From a virus (Duplodnaviria > Caudoviricetes), in the IMG/VR virus record IMGVR_UViG_3300031519_000169, positions 1 to 27,888 of that record: a DNA stretch of 27,888 bases; one strand, written 5' to 3'. The notes under the pieces are model-generated. The model was not told the origin of the DNA, made no database searches, and saw only the letters and a program-made list of their open reading frames with translations. A program made the position numbers and the translations under genes. The number at the start of each line of letters is the position of its first letter. The stretch's first letter is position 1. Positions 7,448 to 13,880 of the stretch are shown here, piece after piece.

Positions 7448-7659
7448 TTTTTACCCCACATTGTGTCCCAACGGTTTAGAATTGCTTGCACTTGCTGTTC
7501 TTTTTTATCGTAAGCTAATTTATCTTCCATCGTAAACTCTGATTCGCGATTAGCCGGTGGCATTTCATACGACGCTAAATCACTAGTGTTTTTGCCAGTT
7601 ATCTTACTTATAAAGTTAGTGAAATAATCTTCTGGATGCTGTATCGGGTGATCTTTCAT
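7444..7659 (-). CDS. Hypothetical protein, first gene of the leftward early operon
   Basis: 71 aa, AGAGGA SD, directly after the promoter. Confidence 0.75.
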   Translation of the reverse strand: MKDHPIQHPEDYFTNFISKITGKNTSDLASYEMPPANRESEFTMEDKLAYDKKEQQVQAILNRWDTMWGKK

Positions 7660-7686
7660 TTTATTATCCTCTGTTGTTGTAGGTTT

Positions 7687-7716
7687 ATTCTATAACTATT
7701 ATTAATGCCTTGTCAA
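7687..7716 (-). promoter_or_regulatory. Leftward sigma70 promoter (PL-like)
   Basis: TTGACA (7716-7711)-18 nt-TAGAAT (7692-7687). Confidence 0.7.
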
Positions 7717-7723
7717 ACACTTG

Positions 7724-7752
7724 TTGACTATCTAACTAAATTAAATTAAAGT
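7724..7752 (+). promoter_or_regulatory. Rightward sigma70 promoter (PR-like)
   Basis: TTGACT-17 nt-TAAAGT. Confidence 0.7.
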
Positions 7753-7778
7753 TCACTCTCACTTACAAGGAAATCACT

Positions 7779-7979
7779 ATGGACATTAAAAGATCAATCG
7801 AACATTTCATGTATGAACTACGCTTGAACCAGAATCAGCTTGCTATTAAAGCAGGAATGGACGTTTCTACTCTCAGCCTTATTAGAAATCAGCGCAGATC
7901 ACCTAACCTAGACTCATTAAATAAGATCGCTACTGCTTGCGAAGTTAAAGTTAGCGAATTTATCGCGGCTGGTGAGTAA
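7779..7979 (+). CDS. Cro-like XRE-family HTH regulator
   Basis: 66 aa, LNQNQLAIKAGMDVSTLSLIRNQRRSPNLDSLNKIA. Confidence 0.88.
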   Translation: MDIKRSIEHFMYELRLNQNQLAIKAGMDVSTLSLIRNQRRSPNLDSLNKIATACEVKVSEFIAAGE

Positions 7980-8692
7980 TGAATAAAGGATACTATGCAA
8001 TTATTCCTGCCGATGTACGTTATGACGTACGTTTAACGCCTAATGCCAAACTTTTGTATGGTGAGATCACTGCTTTATGCAATGAGAAAGGGTTTTGCTG
8101 GGCAATGAATGAGTATTTTGCAGATTTATACTCAGTTAGCAAGGTATCAGTCAGTAAATGGGTTGGTAATTTGAGGGATTGCGGCTACATAGAGGTGCAA
8201 ATGCAGTACAAAGAAGGCACTAAACAGATATCTAATCGCTACATACGACTGTCTACCCCCCTTAAAGAAAACTTTAATACCCTCACAAAGAAATCTTTAA
8301 TACCCTCACAAAGAAAAGTTAAAGACCCTATTAAAGAAAAGTTTAAAGATAATACTACAGTTAATAATACATTTAATAATACAGTGGGGGAAACAAGTTC
8401 CCCAGAGTTATCAAAGAAGAAAGTTGTCAGATTTAAAGAGCCTACACAAGAAGAGGTTTCTGATTACTGTAGAGAGAGAAACAATACCATTGACGCGCAG
8501 AATTTTATTGATTTCTACACTAGCAAAGGTTGGAAGGTGGGGAATACTAAAATGAAAGATTGGAAAGCAAGCGTTAGAACGTGGGAAAACAACGACAAGA
8601 AGAGGAATACCCAAAATGCAAATAAACAAAATGCTAAAAGCGAATATGCAAGCCTTAACAGCGACTACAACAAGTCAACCGGCCTCGTTTGA
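7979..8692 (+). CDS. Replication initiator (lambda O-like organisation, N-terminal wHTH)
   Basis: YAIIPADVRYD..L...AKLLYGEITAL....G.CWA.NEYFA N-terminal domain, FIDFY.SKGWKVG..KMKDWKA.VRTWE C-terminal domain, internal iterons. Confidence 0.85.
   Translation: MNKGYYAIIPADVRYDVRLTPNAKLLYGEITALCNEKGFCWAMNEYFADLYSVSKVSVSKWVGNLRDCGYIEVQMQYKEGTKQISNRYIRLSTPLKENFNTLTKKSLIPSQRKVKDPIKEKFKDNTTVNNTFNNTVGETSSPELSKKKVVRFKEPTQEEVSDYCRERNNTIDAQNFIDFYTSKGWKVGNTKMKDWKASVRTWENNDKKRNTQNANKQNAKSEYASLNSDYNKSTGLV
8255..8383 (+). repeat. Replication origin: four ~23-bp iterons plus an AT-rich tract inside the initiator gene
   Basis: Units start at 8255, 8279, 8302 and 8325 with consensus ACCC..(t/c)AAAGAAA..TT.AA, followed by three TAATAC repeats. 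Confidence 0.8.
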
Positions 8693-9086
8693 TGATAGCG
8701 AGAAGGATTCTATTGCTTACTTCTTTATGCGATTACAGAACACCTATGGCGTGGCTCGTATGCAATCACAATGGCCTGATGCTGACTCACTAAGGTTAGC
8801 TAGAAGAGAGTACGGCAAGAGGATTGCTAAGTTTAGTCGTGAAGAGATTAACAAGGCGTTTGATCTGACTCACGTAGAGAAGGAGTCGCAAAATAAACGG
8901 TTTGAGTTCCCAGATGTTGACGCTATCTTGGGATTACTGACTAACTCAGGCGTGTTTACTGGATCAGGTGGCACTCTATCGCACCGATTGTATAAGCCAG
9001 AAGAGTTGTTGCAGTATGGAACAAAGGAAGAGAGAAAAGAAATAGCTTTAAACGAGTTAGCAAAATTAAAAGATATGTTTAAATAG
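8616..9086 (+). CDS. Putative helicase loader/inhibitor-like protein (lambda P position)
   Basis: 156 aa, overlaps the initiator 3' end. The function is inferred mainly from synteny. Confidence 0.45.
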   Translation: MQINKMLKANMQALTATTTSQPASFDDSEKDSIAYFFMRLQNTYGVARMQSQWPDADSLRLARREYGKRIAKFSREEINKAFDLTHVEKESQNKRFEFPDVDAILGLLTNSGVFTGSGGTLSHRLYKPEELLQYGTKEERKEIALNELAKLKDMFK

Positions 9087-9098
9087 CAGGAGAGTAAA

Positions 9099-9566
9099 AT
9101 GATAAGCGATAGAAGAACAATATTAATTGAGTACAGAGGTGATAACCCTAAGTTAGTTTCTGGGCATATTTATAATAGACATGACATAGCAAAAGCGTTC
9201 GGCATATCACGATCAACGGTTGCTACTAAGCTCAAAGGAAAAACAATAATGGTTGACGATGACTTGATTTTGTTAAAGCCTCAACAATCTCATAAAACGT
9301 TTGAAGAAAAACGCATGACCTATATGGGAAAAAATATAAATGGGTTTGAAAACGGCAAAAAATACACTTACAAAGAAATATCTCAGCGAACAGGACTAGG
9401 TGCGAACGCTTTAAACAAAAGAATAGGTAAATCACTTGTATTTAATGAGCATCACGCCCGACCAAAATCTAATAAAGAGCCTATCATTTCAAACAAAGAG
9501 TTTAGTATTCAGTTTGAAAACTATCCTCACATGGTTAGCGCAAAATGGTTAAGGAGGAAATTCTAA
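9099..9566 (+). CDS. Protein with two tandem HTH-like repeats
   Basis: Y.G.N.....G..Y....I....G......K occurs twice. AGGAG SD. Confidence 0.65.
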   Translation: MISDRRTILIEYRGDNPKLVSGHIYNRHDIAKAFGISRSTVATKLKGKTIMVDDDLILLKPQQSHKTFEEKRMTYMGKNINGFENGKKYTYKEISQRTGLGANALNKRIGKSLVFNEHHARPKSNKEPIISNKEFSIQFENYPHMVSAKWLRRKF

Positions 9567-10000
9567 TGCCTGAAGGTTATACAGTAAACAGTGACTCGTC
9601 CTTGGAAAACTATGTAAAGTTTGCAACTGAGCTATACGAGAAAAAGAAATACGTTACGTTCAATTACAAGCTAGGTAAACCAAGAACCATAAAACAAAAC
9701 GATGCTATCTGGGCTTTCTGTAAAGACATAGCAGACAAGTGCAACAATGCAGGGTTTGAAATGCAAACTACTAGCCCACTGTTAAAGAATCCAATAGAAA
9801 CTCCTTGGACTTCTCGCAGTGTCATGGATAAATTGTGGATGGCAGTACAAAAAGCAATGTATCCTAACAAACCAGAAAGCAGTAGCGAGTTAGATACTTG
9901 GGAAGTAGCACCTGTAGCAGAAACTTTAACAAGACATTTAGGTGAGACTCATGGCATTGGTGTATTGTTTGCCAAGCAAGCTATGGACAAGGGGGTCTAG
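9566..10000 (+). CDS. NinB/Orf-like protein
   Basis: Start moved to 9566 (TAATG, AGGAGG SD). KPRTIKQNDAIW....IA and SSSELD motifs. Confidence 0.6.
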   Translation: MPEGYTVNSDSSLENYVKFATELYEKKKYVTFNYKLGKPRTIKQNDAIWAFCKDIADKCNNAGFEMQTTSPLLKNPIETPWTSRSVMDKLWMAVQKAMYPNKPESSSELDTWEVAPVAETLTRHLGETHGIGVLFAKQAMDKGV

Positions 10001-10112
10001 GATGCTGTTTAAAGGCATTCTAAGGGCTATTTCAGAGCGTTTAACGAAAATTATGATATACCCTACATGGTATGTTAAAGTGAGACGATCTAGGCAACTG
10101 CAAAGCAATAAA

Positions 10113-10517
10113 ATGGCTAAAACTTTACGCGCACAATGCTTGATAAAAGCACAGAAGTTGGCACGAATATCAGCCGCAGATGAGTATGGCATGGTTGAAT
10201 GTGTTTCATGCGATAAGAGAATGGGTTGGAAGGAATGCGATGGTGGTCACTACATAGCCAAAGGTAATTCGTCGTACTGGTCGCTTGAGATGGAGAATAT
10301 CCACCCCCAGTGCAAAGGATGTAACGGTTTCGGTATGAAGCATGGCAGTGCAGAAGGTCAGTACACGCTATGGATGATTGATATGTACGGTGAAGACTTT
10401 GTTAGAGAAATGCATAGAGACAAGCGCAAGATCAAAAAGTTATACACTGCTGACTACAGAGAAATGCTAAAAGAGTTCAATGACTTAATTAAATACCATG
10501 AGGAGAGACTACAATGA
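10113..10517 (+). CDS. ninG: NinG/Rap-like HNH-type endonuclease
   Basis: CVSC...DGGHYI...ENIHPQCKGCN. Likely start at MAKTLR (10113); 10002 is an alternative. Confidence 0.8.
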   Translation: MAKTLRAQCLIKAQKLARISAADEYGMVECVSCDKRMGWKECDGGHYIAKGNSSYWSLEMENIHPQCKGCNGFGMKHGSAEGQYTLWMIDMYGEDFVREMHRDKRKIKKLYTADYREMLKEFNDLIKYHEERLQ

Positions 10518-10747
10518 CTGGATATTTACAAGAGCTAAGAGCAAGAGCAATTAAATTTGAAATGAGTGAAATCCCTGCCAAGATGGATTCTATTGTTGAG
10601 GCAGTCATTTACGGACACGCACTCCCTGCATACGCTAGAGAAGAATTAGATTTAATCTGGCTAGAGGTAGAGGCAGAAGAAGAGGCTTGGTTAGAACCAC
10701 CAACAGAAGAAGAATTAAAGTTGCTTCATCCTAACTTTGATGTATAA
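10514..10747 (+). CDS. Acidic hypothetical protein
   Basis: 77 aa, GAGGAG SD, ATGA overlap with ninG. Confidence 0.7.
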   Translation: MTGYLQELRARAIKFEMSEIPAKMDSIVEAVIYGHALPAYAREELDLIWLEVEAEEEAWLEPPTEEELKLLHPNFDV

Positions 10748-10748
10748 T
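10721..10748 (+). promoter_or_regulatory. Promoter of the candidate small RNA
   Basis: TTGCTT-16 nt-TATAAT. Predicted start near 10755. Confidence 0.55.
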
Positions 10749-10754
10749 AACCTT

Positions 10755-10903
10755 GTGTTGACTGTCTTGGTTTTCAGTTTATTGTTAAGGGTTGTGCAAC
10801 CAACCGCTCGACAGGAGTTGCGTCAACAACTTCTATCAAACTAAAAGTTTAAATCGTTATTCTGTATTACCTCTGTTGTTTTGCCCTTTCGGGGGCTTTT
10901 TTT
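10755..10903 (+). ncRNA. Candidate ~150-nt trans-acting small RNA
   Basis: Bounded by a promoter and a terminator, with no credible ORF. Has a 5' interrupted hairpin (10756-10828) and an anti-SD segment (10856-10880). Confidence 0.55.
10883..10903 (+). terminator. Intrinsic terminator with UUCG loop
   Basis: GCCCT-TTCG-GGGGC followed by T7. Confidence 0.85.
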
Positions 10904-10911
10904 GTTATAAT
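10903..10911 (+). promoter_or_regulatory. Extended -10 promoter, probably giving a leaderless mRNA
   Basis: TGTTATAAT, then 6 nt, then ATG 10918. No SD. Confidence 0.7.
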
Positions 10912-10917
10912 ACAGCT

Positions 10918-11196
10918 ATGGAAAAGAAGAGCTTATTAAAACGAATTGGTGTCTCTGGTTACAATAAACCTAAACGCACACCTAGCCATCCAACAAAATC
11001 TCACGTTGTTGTTGCCAAGTCTGGCGATCAAGTTAAAACTATCCGGTATGGTCAACAAGGCGTATCTGGTGCAGGGTCTAATCCTACTACTGAAAAGCAG
11101 AAAGCTAGACGCAAATCATTCAAAGCTCGTCACGCTAAAAACATTGCCAAAGGTAAGATGTCTGCGGCATACTGGGCTAACAAATCAAAATGGTAG
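10918..11196 (+). CDS. Small basic protein, 92 aa (RRKSFKARH...SAAYWA type)
   Basis: Start moved to MEKKSLLK, because the track's longer start crosses the terminator. Very Lys/Arg-rich. Confidence 0.8.
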   Translation: MEKKSLLKRIGVSGYNKPKRTPSHPTKSHVVVAKSGDQVKTIRYGQQGVSGAGSNPTTEKQKARRKSFKARHAKNIAKGKMSAAYWANKSKW

Positions 11197-11205
11197 GAGA
11201 ATAGA

Positions 11206-11391
11206 ATGCCAGAAGGTAAGGGTACATACGGTAGTAAAGTAGGGCGACCACCGGCAAAGAAGAAACCAGTAGCTAAACGCGCACGTTCTATGCCTTTGAC
11301 TGACAAGCAAGCCAAGGCCGCTATACAGGCTTTGCGAGATGACGCTGGCAGAAAGAAGTACCGCAAGAAAAAATCTATGTTGAAGAAATAA
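11206..11391 (+). CDS. Small basic protein, 61 aa
   Basis: MPEGKGTYGSKVGRPP..., AGGAG SD. Confidence 0.75.
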   Translation: MPEGKGTYGSKVGRPPAKKKPVAKRARSMPLTDKQAKAAIQALRDDAGRKKYRKKKSMLKK

Positions 11392-11543
11392 TGAAAGGTT
11401 TATACGCTAACATACACGCTAAGAGAAAAAGAATAGCCGCTGGTTCTGGTGAGAAGATGCGTAAGGTTGGGTCTAAGGGCGCACCTACAGCTAAAGCATT
11501 TAAGCAATCAAAGAAGACTGCTAAAAGTTTGTTGAATCAATAG
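11391..11543 (+). CDS. Small basic protein, 50 aa
   Basis: Not in the track. MKGLYANIHAKRKRIAAGSGEKMRKVGSKGAPTAKAFKQSKKTAKSLLNQ with TAATG coupling. Confidence 0.8.
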   Translation: MKGLYANIHAKRKRIAAGSGEKMRKVGSKGAPTAKAFKQSKKTAKSLLNQ

Positions 11544-11878
11544 CTCCAGATAACAGGCATTCCCTGCCTAATGTCTACATGGATGAAGCTCTTAGCCACA
11601 CCTATACCATTAAATCCCATTGACTGCGCGTGTTTAATAATATCGTAGGCTTCGTTACCGTTGTTGATCCGTATGTCACTAGCAATTCCTCTGGCATGGG
11701 TTCCTGCTTTTGTTTTTCTTGCCTCAATGCTATGGGTCTTATCCCTGTAACCACTGGTAATAATGAATGGGAAGCCACACTTGTGCCTAAGTTCGTCCAA
11801 TTTCTCAAGGAACTCTTCTGACATTTCATTGTTGCCTGTCTCCTGACAATCAAAGTCTGACAGTTTAAAGTATCTCAT
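11537..11878 (-). CDS. Endolysin, peptidase M15 family
   Basis: ITSGYR, H..G.ASD and FIHVD zinc-peptidase motifs. Confidence 0.9.
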   Translation of the reverse strand: MRYFKLSDFDCQETGNNEMSEEFLEKLDELRHKCGFPFIITSGYRDKTHSIEARKTKAGTHARGIASDIRINNGNEAYDIIKHAQSMGFNGIGVAKSFIHVDIRQGMPVIWSY

Positions 11879-12234
11879 TGCTTCTTAGCCTTGCTTGCAC
11901 CTTCAAAGGCACCGCCACCAAAATAAAAGGCCACAATGGTTAACATGATCCAATCAATTTTAAATGCGGCAATGATCTCTTGTACTTCTGAAATATCCCT
12001 GCCAAGGAAAAACAATCCTAGTACCATTATGTATGAGCTAACAAACGTAAAGCCAAATATAAGAGCAAGATATCGTTGGGCTATTTTAAATGGAGAGTAA
12101 GCCGTTAATAAATCTGTCTTAGCCTTAGTTTTAGCTTCTATCTCCTCAGTTTTAGACGTATGCATGGAGTCAATGAGATCAAGACCCTTGCTAATAACAT
12201 CACCACTGCCTAGAATATTGCTAATAATTCCCAT
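11875..12234 (-). CDS. Putative holin
   Basis: Amphipathic N-terminus, two TM segments, FYFGG motif, basic tail. Coupled to the endolysin. Confidence 0.65.
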   Translation of the reverse strand: MGIISNILGSGDVISKGLDLIDSMHTSKTEEIEAKTKAKTDLLTAYSPFKIAQRYLALIFGFTFVSSYIMVLGLFFLGRDISEVQEIIAAFKIDWIMLTIVAFYFGGGAFEGASKAKKQ

Positions 12235-12416
12235 TAAGATAACCTTTCAATTAAAAATAATCCAATTATAAGAGGATACATTCCCCACAACATCATCTCC
12301 GACTTCTTGAATCTTTCCGAACCATCATCAAGGCGTTCTTCAATGTTCTTCATTCTTACAGCGCATTCACGTTCGTGTGCTTCTAGCTTGAGGAGTGCTT
12401 CCTTTACCGTTGCCAT
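12234..12416 (-). CDS. Coiled-coil protein with C-terminal TM (lysis-associated)
   Basis: LEAHERECAVR...IEERLDDG..RF followed by a hydrophobic tail. Confidence 0.7.
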   Translation of the reverse strand: MATVKEALLKLEAHERECAVRMKNIEERLDDGSERFKKSEMMLWGMYPLIIGLFLIERLS

Positions 12417-12424
12417 ATTCTTTC

Positions 12425-12526
12425 CTAGAATCTTTCTATGATTACGATTGTAATAGTGGTTATTACTAAAGCCAAAGCTAATATAAGTCCACCTATAACC
12501 TTGGGGTCTTTAAAATCTTCGCTCAT
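12425..12526 (-). CDS. 33-aa single-TM peptide
   Basis: Not in the track. MSEDFKDPKVIGGLILALALVITTITIVIIERF fills the intergenic gap exactly. Confidence 0.65.
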   Translation of the reverse strand: MSEDFKDPKVIGGLILALALVITTITIVIIERF

Positions 12527-12528
12527 AA

Positions 12529-12744
12529 CTATCTCTTATATATTACTGTAGTTTCTGGGTTTACATACTTTGGTATGCAATAGGATTTATAAGGTATTTC
12601 GTAGTCAACGTTACCTTGCAAAGTCAATCTTCTTGCAAAATAAATACAATGATCTATACTCTCAAAGACTCCAAACTCTTCAATTTTATCTACATAGCCG
12701 TCAACAATCGTTTCAAGCATCAATGCAAACACAAGTTGTTTCAC
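12529..12744 (-). CDS. Small Cys-pair hypothetical protein (paralog A)
   Basis: F..I..C.Y.A...C pattern with a hydrophobic N-terminus. Confidence 0.7.
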   Translation of the reverse strand: MKQLVFALMLETIVDGYVDKIEEFGVFESIDHCIYFARRLTLQGNVDYEIPYKSYCIPKYVNPETTVIYKR

Positions 12745-12932
12745 CCCAGAACCTTTTCTTTCCTATCAACCCACGCTAATTTACAAACGCATTTTACAGG
12801 CTCATAGTTTCTTTGTGGCTTGCTGTAGTTTTGAGCATAGTAGCGACAGTTTTCAATGTTTTTAAAGTAGATGGTTTTATCGTGATCTATCTGACCATCA
12901 AAGAAAAACACTAAAGCTACTACGAGCTTCAC
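12741..12932 (-). CDS. Small Cys-pair hypothetical protein (paralog B)
   Basis: Same pattern as its neighbour. GTG start coupled to the upstream stop. Confidence 0.7.
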   Translation of the reverse strand: MKLVVALVFFFDGQIDHDKTIYFKNIENCRYYAQNYSKPQRNYEPVKCVCKLAWVDRKEKVLG

Positions 12933-13231
12933 TACTTAGCCAACAAAACCTGAACAAGTGCCTGTATCTGCTCATTGGTTTTTTCTTGTATCTTCTCTTG
13001 ACGAGCTAGAGATTCTACAATAGCATCAACTTTAGTCTCAGTAACAGCTTGAGCCTGACCGTTAGCTTGTGCTTTAACAGCAGTTTCTTTAACGATAACT
13101 TGTATACGCTTTACTTCACTAGAGGTAGCTTCAGCATTAGCCTGTGCCGCACCATAAGAGATAGCACCAACGAACAAGGACACTACCAAAGGTAATGCCC
13201 ACGTAGGAATTGATATTGTGTTCTCGCTCAT
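12932..13231 (-). CDS. N-terminal TM plus coiled-coil protein, 99 aa
   Basis: Start moved to MSENTISIP (13231) with a GGAG SD. Confidence 0.7.
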   Translation of the reverse strand: MSENTISIPTWALPLVVSLFVGAISYGAAQANAEATSSEVKRIQVIVKETAVKAQANGQAQAVTETKVDAIVESLARQEKIQEKTNEQIQALVQVLLAK

Positions 13232-13266
13232 TTGTATACTCCAATGTATATTGCAGTGTATATTAT

Positions 13267-13569
13267 TTAAACAGGGGAACGCCAATTGCCACCGATACGC
13301 AAGACAATGCTAGAGGTAGCACCAAACTGACCTGTCTTACATCCTGCACGATAGAACATATTGGGTTCTGGCTCAAAGCCTACAAACTCACCAGTAGCAG
13401 TAAAGGTATCTACGTCTACCCATGATGATCCATCAGTGCTTCGCTGAACAGTAATGATTGCACTGTTAGCAAACGTACCAGAGACAGAGAAGTTAAAGTT
13501 TCCGTCAAAGAATACTGTATCAGTAAAAGTGTTTTCCGCAGTAATAGTCTTAGTAACGTAAGTAGTCAT
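13267..13569 (-). CDS. Beta-rich hypothetical (probably virion) protein
   Basis: 100 aa, Thr/Phe-rich, VQRSTDGSSWVDV motif, AGGAG SD. Confidence 0.65.
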   Translation of the reverse strand: MTTYVTKTITAENTFTDTVFFDGNFNFSVSGTFANSAIITVQRSTDGSSWVDVDTFTATGEFVGFEPEPNMFYRAGCKTGQFGATSSIVLRIGGNWRSPV

Positions 13570-13570
13570 C

Positions 13571-13828
13571 TTATTCTCCTTGCGCGTCTAAGTGAGTTTG
13601 ATATGCGGCTTTAGCTTCGTCTGTAAATACAGCGTTAGCAATTGCTACAACATCAGCATCTTCACTAGAAAGGTCTGCATCAGGTGTAACAACGTGACGA
13701 TGAAAGTTTCTTGATATTTCTTGATCGTCTCTGCTAATAATAGTTGCAGTGCGTACCTGTACTACTGGGTATCCTGCCAAATGTAATACTTCTATCTTGT
13801 CGTTCATTGTTACTTCTGAAAGTGCCAT
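13571..13828 (-). CDS. Small tail-fibre-associated protein
   Basis: DKIEV....VQVRTAT.I..D..EISR.FHRHV type, located after the fibre genes. Confidence 0.6.
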   Translation of the reverse strand: MALSEVTMNDKIEVLHLAGYPVVQVRTATIISRDDQEISRNFHRHVVTPDADLSSEDADVVAIANAVFTDEAKAAYQTHLDAQGE

Positions 13829-13880
13829 GTTTATTTCCTTAGTTTATCGCCAAAATTGGCCTGTCCACCCTCTAGGGGTA

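Noticed and set aside
8255-8348. Iterons as a mini-CRISPR
   Set aside because: Tandem units without unique spacers, inside an initiator gene.
10856-10882. Minus-strand AACAACAGAGG as the RBS of a hidden gene
   Set aside because: No ATG, GTG or TTG follows at SD distance.
10792-10917. N-terminal extension of the track's 134-aa ORF
   Set aside because: It crosses a terminator and a promoter. The basic protein begins at ATG 10918.
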